DNA of 64,000 nucleotides from Woeseiaceae bacterium (GTDB taxonomy: Bacteria; Pseudomonadota; Gammaproteobacteria; Steroidobacterales; Woeseiaceae): contig JAHEFF010000006.1 in NCBI GenBank assembly GCA_024640315.1, positions 10,169-74,168 of the forward strand. The letters are read 5' to 3'. Below are positions 9,009-18,543 of this stretch, in pieces. The position numbers and the translations under genes were made by a program. Position 1 is the stretch's first letter. Each line of letters opens with the position of its first letter. A model generated the notes under the pieces. The model searched no databases, was not told the DNA's origin, and was given only the letters and a program-made list of their open reading frames with translations.

Positions 9009-10181
9009 TCAGCGCTTGCGAATATACTCATCGCTCAGCTTGTTCACCGAGTTGCACCCCATAAGTGCCATGGTCAGACCAACTTCGGACCGGAGTATGC
9101 CCAGCGCGTGCTCGACGCCTTTTTGACCACCTGCAGCCAGGCCAAACAAATAGCCCCTGCCGATACTGCACGCATTCGCGCCCAGTGCCAGGGCCTTAAC
9201 GACATGGTTGCCGCGCCGCACACCCCCGTCGCAGATAATCTCCAACTTGTCCCGCAGCGCGTCGGCGATGGGTGCAATGCAATCGACAGGCGCCGGCGCC
9301 GACTCGAGCTGCCTGCCACCGTGATTCGACAACATGACGGCGGTCGCGCCGGAATCAACAGCCTTGCGGGCATCCGCGACGGTCTGGATACCCTTAATCA
9401 CCAACGGCCCACCCCACTGACTTGCCAGCCATTCAACGTCCTTCCAGCCAAGCGTTCGGTCGAACTGGCTGTTAACGTATGCCATGACACCTTCGTTAAT
9501 CTCAGTGGCGACGCCAGGGCTGCTGGTGACGTTCACCATATCGAAACCGCCGTTGAAGATGGCACGAATGGTCCAGGGAAAATGCCGCAGATAGCTAAGC
9601 ACGCTGCGCACCCTGAGCTTGGGTGGTATACCGAATCCTGTCACCAGGTCACGCTCGCGATTGCCGGCCACTTGCGTATCCACGGTCAGGCAAAGTGCTT
9701 TGTACTCGCTTGCCTTGCAGCGTTCGACGAAATCCCTGGTGATACCGCGATCCTTAAATACATAGACCTGGTACATCTTAGGTCCGTTCGAAGCCGCGGC
9801 AACATCCTCAATTGTCGTCGTCGCTAACGTGGACAAGCTGTAAATGGTGCCAAAATTCTCCGCTGCACGGACAACCGCCGGTTCCTTGTCATGATGAAAT
9901 AGTCGCGAGGCGCCGGTCGGTGCCAGAAACACCGGCCAGTCTATCTCCTGCCCAAGCACTGTAGTTTTCAGATCGATATGGCTGATGTCATTGAGTTGCG
10001 TGGGAAGCAACTCGTAGTCGTCAAAGGCTGACGTATTACGCCGCAGGGAAATTTCGTCGTCGGCGCCACCGTCCATGTAATTGAAAATCGGCCATGGCAG
10101 TTTGCGTTTTGCCAGCTTGCGGAGATCAGCAATGTTATGGCAGTCGGAGAGTCTCCTTGCAGCTATTTTTTCACGTCGCAT
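9009..10181 (-). CDS. FMN-dependent alpha-hydroxy-acid dehydrogenase (L-lactate dehydrogenase LldD / mandelate dehydrogenase family)
   Basis: 390 aa. Has the family motifs SNHGGRQLE, the GGVRRG...KALALGA tail and the N-terminal DYELLP-type region. Confidence 0.9.
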   Translation of the reverse strand: MRREKIAARRLSDCHNIADLRKLAKRKLPWPIFNYMDGGADDEISLRRNTSAFDDYELLPTQLNDISHIDLKTTVLGQEIDWPVFLAPTGASRLFHHDKEPAVVRAAENFGTIYSLSTLATTTIEDVAAASNGPKMYQVYVFKDRGITRDFVERCKASEYKALCLTVDTQVAGNRERDLVTGFGIPPKLRVRSVLSYLRHFPWTIRAIFNGGFDMVNVTSSPGVATEINEGVMAYVNSQFDRTLGWKDVEWLASQWGGPLVIKGIQTVADARKAVDSGATAVMLSNHGGRQLESAPAPVDCIAPIADALRDKLEIICDGGVRRGNHVVKALALGANACSIGRGYLFGLAAGGQKGVEHALGILRSEVGLTMALMGCNSVNKLSDEYIRKR

Positions 10182-10764
10182 GTCGTTTCAGCTTCCCGCG
10201 TTTCCACAAACGATAGATTTCAAGACAAAGAAGAATAGCAAAGTGGATGAGTCCCGGTATGAAATCGAATGCAACGAAAATCCAGTGTGCAAAAACGAGC
10301 AACGCGGCCACGTAGACCCAGCGATGAATCTTCTTCCAGGTTCGCCTGAGCGCCCGTACGGACGCGTCATTGCTGGTGGTCGCAAGAACAATGAATATCA
10401 GGAAGGCGACCCAACCCGTCCACATGGCAAAGTCTGCAGCCTCTTCGACAATCAAAGCGAGACTTGCCTTCCTGTCCAGGTACACCCACGTATGCAGCAA
10501 GGCGTAGCCGAACGATGCGACGCCGAGGTAACGACGGCGGTGAAGCAACCAATTCGGCCAGCGGGCTTTTGAGAACATCAGGCGCAATGGCGTGATCGCC
10601 ATTGCCAGCATCAGAAGCCTGGTCGAAAACTCGCCGGTGATATGGATCACTTCGCCATAGAAAAGTTCTTCGGCCCGCCACGCATTGATCAGCCCAACCG
10701 CCGGGAGACCCAGAAGAAGCCACAGGAAGTACTTCGAATTCAGTATGTTGGTCAGCACTTTCAT
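10171..10764 (-). CDS. ferric-reductase-like transmembrane haem-b protein (MsrQ/YedZ-like)
   Basis: 197 aa with about 5-6 TM helices. Shows conserved His-containing helices (LLHTWVY, VFAHWIF) and overall similarity to E. coli MsrQ as I remember it. Its stop region overlaps the start of the LldD-like gene by 11 nt. Confidence 0.78.
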   Translation of the reverse strand: MKVLTNILNSKYFLWLLLGLPAVGLINAWRAEELFYGEVIHITGEFSTRLLMLAMAITPLRLMFSKARWPNWLLHRRRYLGVASFGYALLHTWVYLDRKASLALIVEEAADFAMWTGWVAFLIFIVLATTSNDASVRALRRTWKKIHRWVYVAALLVFAHWIFVAFDFIPGLIHFAILLCLEIYRLWKRGKLKRHAT

Positions 10765-10831
10765 TCAGCCGACAATATAGAGGCAATTGCACGGGAGAAC
10801 GACAAGAATTGCCAGTAGCATCGACTGGTTA

Positions 10832-10860
10832 TTGACCCGCTCCAGTGCCGCTCTTAATAT
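10832..10860 (+). promoter_or_regulatory. sigma70-type promoter candidate (TTGACC-N17-TAATAT) for the HhH gene
   Basis: -35 TTGACC at 10832..10837, an exact 17-nt spacer, -10 TAATAT at 10855..10860. About 40 nt upstream of ATG 10902, which has AAGGA at 10889. Confidence 0.5.
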
Positions 10861-10901
10861 GCCCGCAATCGCAACCCGCGCCGATCATAAGGATTCACAC
10901 A

Positions 10902-11348
10902 ATGCAGCACCACCTGTCAATTCTCCGGACCGCCCTGGCGGTCTCTTTTCTCTCGGTATCCACTGCTGCGTTCGCAGACGGCATACTGGATGCGAACACT
11001 GCAACGGTCGAGGAAATGGCCGGGCTGCCGCATATGGATGAATATATCGCAGGAGCCATCGTCAGCAATCGACCGTATGCAACGATCGGTGCACTGCATG
11101 AGTTACTTGGTGCCGACCTCGATGATGACCAGTTGACCGAACTGTATGCTTATTTGTTCGTGCCAATCAATCTCAATACTGCCGACGAAACGCATATCCT
11201 GTTGATACCGGGCGTTGGCAAGCGTATGGCGCATGAATTCGAGGAGTATCGTCCATATTCGAGCATCGAGCAGTTCCGGCGTGAAATGGCTAAGTATGTT
11301 GACGAGGCCGAGGTGGCGCGCCTCGAGCAATACGTCACGCTTGATTAG
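10902..11348 (+). CDS. secreted helix-hairpin-helix (ComEA-like) DNA-binding domain protein
   Basis: Track ORF 10845..11348 trimmed to MQHHLSILRTALAVSFLSVSTAAFA (signal peptide). Two HhH-like units: DANTATVEEMAGLPHM and NLNTADETHILLIPGVGKRMAHEF. Confidence 0.7.
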   Translation: MQHHLSILRTALAVSFLSVSTAAFADGILDANTATVEEMAGLPHMDEYIAGAIVSNRPYATIGALHELLGADLDDDQLTELYAYLFVPINLNTADETHILLIPGVGKRMAHEFEEYRPYSSIEQFRREMAKYVDEAEVARLEQYVTLD

Positions 11349-11784
11349 AACTGGTGCCGCATTCTGACGTCCGCCAGGAATGTGACAGACGCTTCTCGAT
11401 TTGTAACGGGAGACGAAAAATGGCGCAACTGGCCGTGTTCGGACCTGGCCCGGTGCCAAAGACAATCGCAGCAATGGCATACCAGACAGTACCGGTCAGC
11501 AACGTTGATCCGTTGTGAAGAGTGACCGGAAAACTACCAGGCCAGCCTGAACATGTTTCGCATCAGTGCAAATCGATATCCGAAAGACCAGAGGTAGGAT
11601 GGTTTCGGGGTGAATCAGCCTTGACCGATTCGGTTCAGCACTGATGCAGTGGCCAGCGCACCAAGTTTCTTCGTAATAGATAAGTTATCCCGCATTCAGC
11701 GCAGGTAAAACTGCGGAATATACCTAGGCCTTTCTTTGATACCATTGCCACCCGGCAGTTTTTCATACAAGAACAAAAGAAGAA

Positions 11785-12810
11785 GTGGACACGAATTCGG
11801 CTGAAAAAAATCGCAGAATCGCGCAGTGGTTGCTGCTCTGCTGCGCGCTTGTCTTTGTCATGGTTGTGCTCGGCGGAGTCACACGACTGACAGGATCGGG
11901 CTTGTCCATGGTTGATTGGCGGCCAATCACGGGGTTTCTGCCACCGATGACTGATGAGGCGTGGCAGAAAACCTTCGAGATGTACCAGGCAACGCCGGAA
12001 TTCCAGAAGGTCAATTCGCAGATGGACGTGCACGACTTCAAAGGCATTTTCTGGCTTGAATTTCTTCACCGCCTGCTGGGTCGCACGATCGGCATTGTCT
12101 TCCTGGTCCCTTTCCTGTTCTTCGTGTGGCAAGGCCATATCCGCCGCAATGAATGGCTAAAGTATGGAACCATGTTTGTGCTTGGCGGCATGCAGGGCGT
12201 GCTTGGCTGGTACATGGTCAAGAGTGGTCTCGTCGACGATCCGCATGTCAGCCAGTACCGGCTAACGGCCCACCTTATTGCAGCGTTCATGATCTACGCC
12301 TATATGTTCTGGGTCGCCCTGTCTTTGCTCTTTCCGCCCTCTGGCGACAAAGCGCATCCCTGGTACGGCAAAATACTGGCACTGACATCATTGATTACAC
12401 TGACCGTCGTCTCGGGCGGATTTGTCGCCGGGCTGAAAGCCGGCAAGGTCTACAATACTTTTCCGATGATGGGCGAATACTGGGTGCCGCCAGGTTTGAT
12501 GGCGCTCGAGCCGTGGTGGAAAAATCTTTTCGACAACATCGCGACCGTTCAGTTTGACCATCGCTTACTTGCAATCACAACGTTCACGCTCATCGTGATT
12601 TTCTGGCTGCGCATACCAAAAGGTGACTTGCCGGAACGGGCCAGAAAGGGTGTGAATGCCCTGCTTCACACGGGAATACTGCAGGTGGCGTTAGGCATCG
12701 CAACGCTACTTCTCGTTGTGCCAATTCCACTGGCCGCCGCGCACCAGGGCGTCGCAATGATCTTGTTTACGGTTGCGCTGTTCCTGACCCACTCGCTACG
12801 GCGACTGTAG
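11785..12810 (+). CDS. ctaA: haem A synthase (COX15/CtaA family)
   Basis: 341 aa, polytopic, GTG start. Contains LGGVTRLTGSGLSMVDWRP and HR..G / HQ motifs typical of COX15/CtaA. Confidence 0.85.
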   Translation: MDTNSAEKNRRIAQWLLLCCALVFVMVVLGGVTRLTGSGLSMVDWRPITGFLPPMTDEAWQKTFEMYQATPEFQKVNSQMDVHDFKGIFWLEFLHRLLGRTIGIVFLVPFLFFVWQGHIRRNEWLKYGTMFVLGGMQGVLGWYMVKSGLVDDPHVSQYRLTAHLIAAFMIYAYMFWVALSLLFPPSGDKAHPWYGKILALTSLITLTVVSGGFVAGLKAGKVYNTFPMMGEYWVPPGLMALEPWWKNLFDNIATVQFDHRLLAITTFTLIVIFWLRIPKGDLPERARKGVNALLHTGILQVALGIATLLLVVPIPLAAAHQGVAMILFTVALFLTHSLRRL

Positions 12811-12866
12811 ATCCAGCCTCACTCCGATCGGCCATACCGACTGGCCTGAACATGGCAGGCCGAAAG

Positions 12867-12882
12867 TGTGACTCAGTTCACA
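12867..12882. promoter_or_regulatory. perfect CRP/Vfr-type palindrome TGTGA-N6-TCACA
   Basis: TGTGActcagtTCACA read directly from the sequence. Lies in the 194-bp intergenic region about 125 bp upstream of the lipoprotein ATG at 13005. Confidence 0.45.
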
Positions 12883-13004
12883 TTTGCCAAAATGCCGGGA
12901 ATCGCAGTTCAGCACTTTGCCTGGCCATTACGTCAAATTCGCAGGAGCGACCCTTATTCACAGGCGTATAAGTTGATGAAATTAAATATAAAGAGCTTAT
13001 TGCC

Positions 13005-13871
13005 ATGTTTAATCGTCCCCTCTCCCTTGCACTGCTGGCTGGCGCCCTGACCACGGGCTGTTCAGACGTTGAGCCACCCTACCTGATGGTGCCAGCGCCG
13101 CTGCAGCCTTTGGCATCGCAACCGGCGCCCGCGCCGGAACCGGAGCCCGAGCCCGAGCCAGAGCCAGTGACGCCGGCCGACGTCGCCGGAACCTGGTACA
13201 GCAGAACCGAGAAAAACGCGGTCAACTGCGACGCTGGCGAATTCATTGACGCACAGACAATTGTCATTACGCAGGACGACACCGAAATCACGATGCTGGC
13301 GTCCACCGGGGACATGTTTGCTGGCACAGTGAACGGCGACATCGTCGAATGGAGCGGCAGCTACCCTGAACGCGGAGGAACGTCTGACTTTACCTCAGCG
13401 ACCCTGGTGTTCTCAGCCGACTCGGGCGCCGGAAACGCAGCGTGGACGTGGTCAAACGGAACAGAGTCCTGCAATGGAACGATGGCTATCAGCGCCAAAC
13501 GAGACGCTGCAACCCAGGAATCCGACAGCAACAGTCGCCCCAAGATCGCGGATCCATTCGAATTTGTCGACAACGTCGCGTTTTTCAAAGGCTCACTGGG
13601 GGTCGGATTAGACCGCGATGACTACTATACCTTCACCGCCACCAGCGACGCCGTAGTGCAGGCCGAGTTATCTCACTTCGATACACTGTCGACAGATCTC
13701 GATCTCATCCTGCTCGATGAGAGTCTTGTCGAGATTGCGATTTCGAGCTACGCCGACCGGTTTGAAATGATCGACGCACCTGTCCAGGCAGGCGTGAAGT
13801 ATTACATCAAGGTCGAATCCCGATCCATATCAGGCGCACAATCGTACAACCTCACCGTCGACATCAATTAG
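13005..13871 (+). CDS. lipoprotein with (Pro-Ala/Pro-Glu) linker and a C-terminal pre-peptidase (PPC)-like beta-sandwich domain
   Basis: Lipobox LAGALTTGC. Linker PAPAPEPEPEPEPEP. The C-terminal DDYYTF...DLDLILLDESL...KYYIKVES...YNLTVDI matches the PPC-domain pattern. Confidence 0.7.
   Translation: MFNRPLSLALLAGALTTGCSDVEPPYLMVPAPLQPLASQPAPAPEPEPEPEPEPVTPADVAGTWYSRTEKNAVNCDAGEFIDAQTIVITQDDTEITMLASTGDMFAGTVNGDIVEWSGSYPERGGTSDFTSATLVFSADSGAGNAAWTWSNGTESCNGTMAISAKRDAATQESDSNSRPKIADPFEFVDNVAFFKGSLGVGLDRDDYYTFTATSDAVVQAELSHFDTLSTDLDLILLDESLVEIAISSYADRFEMIDAPVQAGVKYYIKVESRSISGAQSYNLTVDIN
13122..13166 (+). repeat. in-frame low-complexity tandem repeat encoding PAPAPEPEPEPEPEP
   Basis: ccg gcg ccc gcg ccg gaa ccg gag ccc gag ccc gag cca gag cca, read directly. 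Confidence 0.9.
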
Positions 13872-13899
13872 TCGCTCGATTTCTTTCGCTGTGAACGCT

Positions 13900-13925
13900 A
13901 TTGCGCCACCTTCGGGTGGCGCAAT
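13900..13925 (+). terminator. stem-loop terminator candidate after the lipoprotein gene
   Basis: attgcgccacc-ttcg-ggtggcgcaat: a perfect 11-bp stem with a 4-nt loop, 29 nt after the stop. Only a weak T tract (ttcgtt) follows. Confidence 0.5.
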
Positions 13926-14007
13926 TCGTTAGAATCTCCCACGGAACCTGCATCGGCCAACCGAGCCTCAGCTACGGTTAATACCGATTGGGGATAACGG
14001 TGGATTA

Positions 14008-15420
14008 ATGGAGCATTCGGCCATGAGCAAAGCGAAATCACAGGAAATCTGCTTCGATCCGGAGCTGGTCAAACGCTATGATGGCCGGGGCCCGCGTTAT
14101 ACGTCCTATCCCACCGCACTGCAGTTTGAAGACGCTTTCACGGCCGCTGACTATCGGCGCATTGCAGAAGCCAGCAATGACTCCGACCGACCGCTATCGC
14201 TTTACGTACATATTCCATTCTGCAAGACGCTTTGCTACTACTGCGCTTGCAACAAGATCGTTACGCGAAATGCCGAACGCGTGCAGAAGTATATGCGGCA
14301 CCTCGGTCAGGAAATCGACATGCAGTCGGCTTTGTTTGACCGCAATCGCAAGATTGAGCAACTGCATTTCGGCGGGGGCACGCCGACCTACCTGAACGAG
14401 ACCGAGTTGCGAGCGTTGATGGCGCATCTTCGAACCGCATTTAACTTCGATGAAAGCGACGCCCGGGAATTCTCTATAGAGGTTGACCCACGTACGGTTA
14501 ATACGCAAATGATGGGTGTGCTCGCCGAGCTGGGATTTAACCGGCTTAGCCTTGGCATCCAGGACTTCGACGAGAACGTCCAGCGTGCGGTCAACCGGGT
14601 TCAGTCGGCCGATGATGTCGACGGCCTTGTCTGGGACGCAAGAGACAACCGATTCAAGTCAATCTCCTTCGATCTGATTTACGGCCTGCCGCATCAGTCC
14701 GTTGCGACTTTTGACAAAACACTCGATATCGCTCTCGAAATGCGACCGGACCGGCTCGCAATTTATAACTACGCCCACCTGCCGGCCCGCTTCAAAGGTC
14801 AGCGAATGATCAATGACGCCGACATCCCGGATCCGCAGACGAAGCTGGAGATCCTGCATCACACCATCGATAAACTCGCGAATTCCGAATACGTCTATAT
14901 CGGCATGGATCATTTCGCGTTGCCAGGGGACGACCTCGTCAAGGCCCAGGAGAATGGCACCCTGCAGAGAAATTTCCAGGGCTACTCTACGCATGGTGGC
15001 TGCGACCTGATCGGCCTTGGCGTCAGTGCGATCGGCAGCATCGGAAATGCATTTATGCAAAACACGCCATCGACGATCGAATACGAAACCCTGCTTCACG
15101 AGGGCAACCTGCCGATTAAGCGTGGCCTGGAAGTCGACGACGACGATCTGCTTCGGGCGGACGTCATTAAGCAACTCATGTGCTACGACCGGCTGAATTT
15201 CGCCACCTTTAATGCAAACAACGGCATTGAGTTTCGAGACTACTTCGATGATGAACTAGCGCGCCTCGAACCGCTTGCCGAAGATGGACTGATTGCGTTG
15301 GACGAAAACGCAATCACTATCACGCCGAAAGGGCGCCTGCTGCTTCGCAGCATCGCCATGATCTTTGACCGGCACCTGAGCCGGGCCGAGAACGACGGTC
15401 GATTTTCAAAAGCGATCTGA
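14008..15420 (+). CDS. hemN: oxygen-independent coproporphyrinogen III oxidase (radical SAM)
   Basis: 470 aa. Has YVHIPFCKTLCYYCACN (CxxxCxxC), GGGTP and the RGPRYTSYPTA N-terminal motif. ATG 14023 is an alternative start. Confidence 0.92.
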   Translation: MEHSAMSKAKSQEICFDPELVKRYDGRGPRYTSYPTALQFEDAFTAADYRRIAEASNDSDRPLSLYVHIPFCKTLCYYCACNKIVTRNAERVQKYMRHLGQEIDMQSALFDRNRKIEQLHFGGGTPTYLNETELRALMAHLRTAFNFDESDAREFSIEVDPRTVNTQMMGVLAELGFNRLSLGIQDFDENVQRAVNRVQSADDVDGLVWDARDNRFKSISFDLIYGLPHQSVATFDKTLDIALEMRPDRLAIYNYAHLPARFKGQRMINDADIPDPQTKLEILHHTIDKLANSEYVYIGMDHFALPGDDLVKAQENGTLQRNFQGYSTHGGCDLIGLGVSAIGSIGNAFMQNTPSTIEYETLLHEGNLPIKRGLEVDDDDLLRADVIKQLMCYDRLNFATFNANNGIEFRDYFDDELARLEPLAEDGLIALDENAITITPKGRLLLRSIAMIFDRHLSRAENDGRFSKAI

Positions 15421-15504
15421 TAGACTGCGCCCTGCAGTTCACACTCTGACGACCTGTTTCACTATGTGGAAGTGGTCTGCGCCCTCACCAATAAGAATTG
15501 AATT

Positions 15505-17184
15505 ATGACCAACGTACCTTCGGATATAGAAATCGCGCAAGCTGCGAGCAAGAAACACATTAACGACATCGCCGCGAGACTGGATCTCCAGCCCGACGAC
15601 ATTATTCCCTACGGGCACGATAAGGCGAAGATCAGCTATGACTTTCTGAGCACACTTGACGGCAAAAAAGACGGCAAGCTGATTCTTGTTACGGCCATAT
15701 CTCCCACGCCGGCAGGCGAAGGCAAAACAACCACCACAGTCGGCCTCGGTGACGGCCTGAACGCGATTGGCAAAAACGCTGTCATGTGCCTTCGTGAACC
15801 GAGCCTCGGCCCCTGCTTCGGCATGAAAGGTGGTGCCGCGGGTGGCGGCTACGCACAGGTCGTGCCGATGACCGATATCAACTTGCATTTTACCGGTGAC
15901 TTCCACGCAATCGGTGCAGCACACAACCTGCTGTCGGCAATGATCGACAACCATATGCACTGGGAGAACCAGCTCAATATCGATCCGAGGCGCGTGACAT
16001 GGCGGCGCGTTATGGATATGAACGAAAGGGCTCTGCGTACGATTACTTCCGGCCTCGGCGGTTTTCATAACGGCGTCGTACGCGAGGCCGGATTCGATAT
16101 CACAGTTGCCTCGGAAATCATGGCTTGTTTCTGTCTCGCTAACGATCTCGAAGATCTGCGCAACCGCATTGGAAATATCACGATTGGCTATACGCGCGAT
16201 AAAAAACCCGTTCAGGCACGCGCGCTCAAAGCAGAAGGTGCGATGACGGCACTGCTTCGCGACGCGCTACAGCCCAACCTCGTCCAGACGCTGGAGAACA
16301 ATCCGGCGCTGATGCACGGCGGACCATTTGCCAATATCGCCCACGGCTGCAATTCGGTCATTGCGACCAGGACTGCCCTGAAGCTGGCGGACTACGTTGT
16401 GACGGAGGCGGGATTTGGCGCTGATCTTGGCGCAGAGAAGTTCCTGGACATCAAATGCCGAAAAGCCGGCTTGCATCCCGACGCGATTGTGCTGGTTGCC
16501 ACCACGAAAGCACTGAAAATGCATGGCGGCATTGCGAAAAGCGACCTGAAAGGCGAGAACGTCGATGCCATCAAAAAGGGCTGTGCCAACCTTGGTCGGC
16601 ACATCAGGAACCTGGGCCAGTTTGGCGTACCTGTCACAGTCGCGATCAACCACTTCGTAACTGACACGGATGCGGAACACAAGGCTATCAGGGATTTCTG
16701 TGCGGAATACGGGGTGAGTTGTAACGTGTCTTCACACTGGGAACATGGCGGCAAAGGTGCCATTCCCCTGGCTGAAGCCGTGGTCGATCTTGTTGAAAAC
16801 CAGACATCCCAGTTTCGCCCCCTGTACATGGACGACGTGCCTCTTTGGGACAAAGTTCGGCGTATCGCGCGATCGATTTACGGCGCGGAGGACATCATTG
16901 CCGATAAGAAAGTACGCGCCCAGTTCGCCGAGTTCCAGGAACAAGGCTACGGACACTACCCGATCTGCATGGCGAAGACGCAATACAGCTTCTCGACCGA
17001 TCCGCAGTTGCTCGGCGCACCGGAAGGCCACGACGTGCCAATTCGCGAGATTCGACTTGCGACCGGCGCCGAATTCCTGGTCGTTATTTGCGGTGAAATC
17101 ATGACGATGCCGGGCCTCCCGCGCGCTCCCGCAGCTGAACAGATCAGTGTGACCGACAAAGGGCGCATAACGGGACTTTTCTGA
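15505..17184 (+). CDS. fhs: formate--tetrahydrofolate ligase
   Basis: 559 aa. Contains [33 protein letters not shown] and a C-terminal PG.P..P.A motif. Confidence 0.95.
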   Translation: MTNVPSDIEIAQAASKKHINDIAARLDLQPDDIIPYGHDKAKISYDFLSTLDGKKDGKLILVTAISPTPAGEGKTTTTVGLGDGLNAIGKNAVMCLREPSLGPCFGMKGGAAGGGYAQVVPMTDINLHFTGDFHAIGAAHNLLSAMIDNHMHWENQLNIDPRRVTWRRVMDMNERALRTITSGLGGFHNGVVREAGFDITVASEIMACFCLANDLEDLRNRIGNITIGYTRDKKPVQARALKAEGAMTALLRDALQPNLVQTLENNPALMHGGPFANIAHGCNSVIATRTALKLADYVVTEAGFGADLGAEKFLDIKCRKAGLHPDAIVLVATTKALKMHGGIAKSDLKGENVDAIKKGCANLGRHIRNLGQFGVPVTVAINHFVTDTDAEHKAIRDFCAEYGVSCNVSSHWEHGGKGAIPLAEAVVDLVENQTSQFRPLYMDDVPLWDKVRRIARSIYGAEDIIADKKVRAQFAEFQEQGYGHYPICMAKTQYSFSTDPQLLGAPEGHDVPIREIRLATGAEFLVVICGEIMTMPGLPRAPAAEQISVTDKGRITGLF

Positions 17185-17195
17185 AGAGACAAAAT

Positions 17196-18515
17196 ATGCG
17201 CAGCAAAACCTGTCAGGCCTTCCTGACCACGATCCTTGTCCTCGTCGCGGCCAACGCCGTCGCAGCCGGTGAAGCGCAAAAGCGTTGGGAGCGAATGAAC
17301 CAGATTCGGCTGGAAAAGTTCGATCTCGTGTTGCCGGAGGTCATGCGGGAAAACAACGTCGACATGTGGATCACGGTCAACCGGGAGGGCTTTGAAGATC
17401 CCTTAACCGAAGACTTCGGCAAGGGATATGTCGGCTCGTATGGATATTACGTGTTCACTGATCGCGGCGATGGCCGAATCGAACGGGCCATTCTCGGCGT
17501 TGGCACCGCACTCGTCGAAGACAACGGCGCCTATGACATCATCGGCGATGCAGCAGAGCTGAAGGCGTTCGTCGAAGAACGCAACCCTCAATCGATTGCT
17601 CTCAATTACGCACGCAATATCGGCGCGGCTGACGGTCTTAGCTACACAAGCTTCCAGAAATTGTCTGAGGAACTCGGCGCGAAGTACGCAGAGCGATTTG
17701 TATCCGCCGAAAAACTGGCCTCGGACTTCCGCTCGCGCCGGGTTGCCTCGGAAATTGCTGCATTTGCCTGGGCCGGTGAGATGTCACGCAATATCGCCGA
17801 GCGCGCTTTTTCAAATGAGGTCATCACGCCCGGAAAAACCACACTCGCCGATGTCGCCTGGTGGATGCGGGAACAGCAATTCGAAAACAGCCTGGGCACG
17901 TCGTTCGGCATGCCGTCGGTCTACATTACGGGCCCGGACGGCTTCGTTGCATTGTCCAATGATCATGTTATTCAGCGTGGCGACTTCCTGGCCATCGACT
18001 GGGGCGTGGGCTACCTGAACTTCTACACCGACATGAAGCGCCACGCCTATGTGCTCAAAGAGGGAGAAACGCGTCTTCCCGCAAGCATCCAGAAGGCTTT
18101 CGATAATGGGCGAGCAGTCCGCGATATTCTAAAGGGCAACATCAAAGCTGGCCGAACGGCTGGTGAAACTTACAATTTGCTGAATGAAAAAATCAATGCG
18201 TCTGGCTTCAAAGTGATGGAGACTTTCAATCAGCCTACAGAGGATCCTGACATCGTCGATGTCATCATAGGTTGCCATTCGGTAGGCAATCTCGGCCACG
18301 GCATCGGCCCATCAATCGCGTGGTTCAACCCCGAACGCATGACATACGTCATTCAGCCGACTAACATGTTCTCAATTGAGCTGTTCGCGTATACCGCCAT
18401 TCCCGAGTGGGGTGGCAAAAAGCTCAGAATACCGCTGGAAGATGACGCAATCGTCACCGAACGCGGCGTAGAATGGCTGTACCCGGTTAATCAGAAGGTG
18501 CTCCTGATTCGATAG
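17196..18515 (+). CDS. secreted M24-family metallopeptidase (Xaa-Pro aminopeptidase-like)
   Basis: 439 aa with signal peptide (ILVLVAANAVAAG). Pita-bread fold motifs DFLAIDWGV, HSVGNLGHGIGPS and SIELF. Confidence 0.8.
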   Translation: MRSKTCQAFLTTILVLVAANAVAAGEAQKRWERMNQIRLEKFDLVLPEVMRENNVDMWITVNREGFEDPLTEDFGKGYVGSYGYYVFTDRGDGRIERAILGVGTALVEDNGAYDIIGDAAELKAFVEERNPQSIALNYARNIGAADGLSYTSFQKLSEELGAKYAERFVSAEKLASDFRSRRVASEIAAFAWAGEMSRNIAERAFSNEVITPGKTTLADVAWWMREQQFENSLGTSFGMPSVYITGPDGFVALSNDHVIQRGDFLAIDWGVGYLNFYTDMKRHAYVLKEGETRLPASIQKAFDNGRAVRDILKGNIKAGRTAGETYNLLNEKINASGFKVMETFNQPTEDPDIVDVIIGCHSVGNLGHGIGPSIAWFNPERMTYVIQPTNMFSIELFAYTAIPEWGGKKLRIPLEDDAIVTERGVEWLYPVNQKVLLIR

Positions 18516-18543
18516 GCACCAGGCCGACAGTGCGAGGGAAAAC

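Noticed and set aside
11635-12138. 167-aa minus-strand ORF
   Set aside because: Antisense to the well-supported ctaA gene. It has no recognisable features.
13926-14007. FNR/Anr box (TTGAT-N4-ATCAA) upstream of hemN
   Set aside because: I looked for it because hemN is usually oxygen-regulated. No acceptable match is present in the 82-nt spacer.
15421-15504. ZTP (pfl) or THF riboswitch upstream of fhs
   Set aside because: The spacer is only 84 nt and has no CCGCCTGGG-type or other conserved riboswitch core that I could recognise. The only feature is a short CTGCGCCCT direct repeat.
15439-16068. 209-aa minus-strand ORF
   Set aside because: Antisense to fhs (formate-THF ligase), whose identity is unambiguous.
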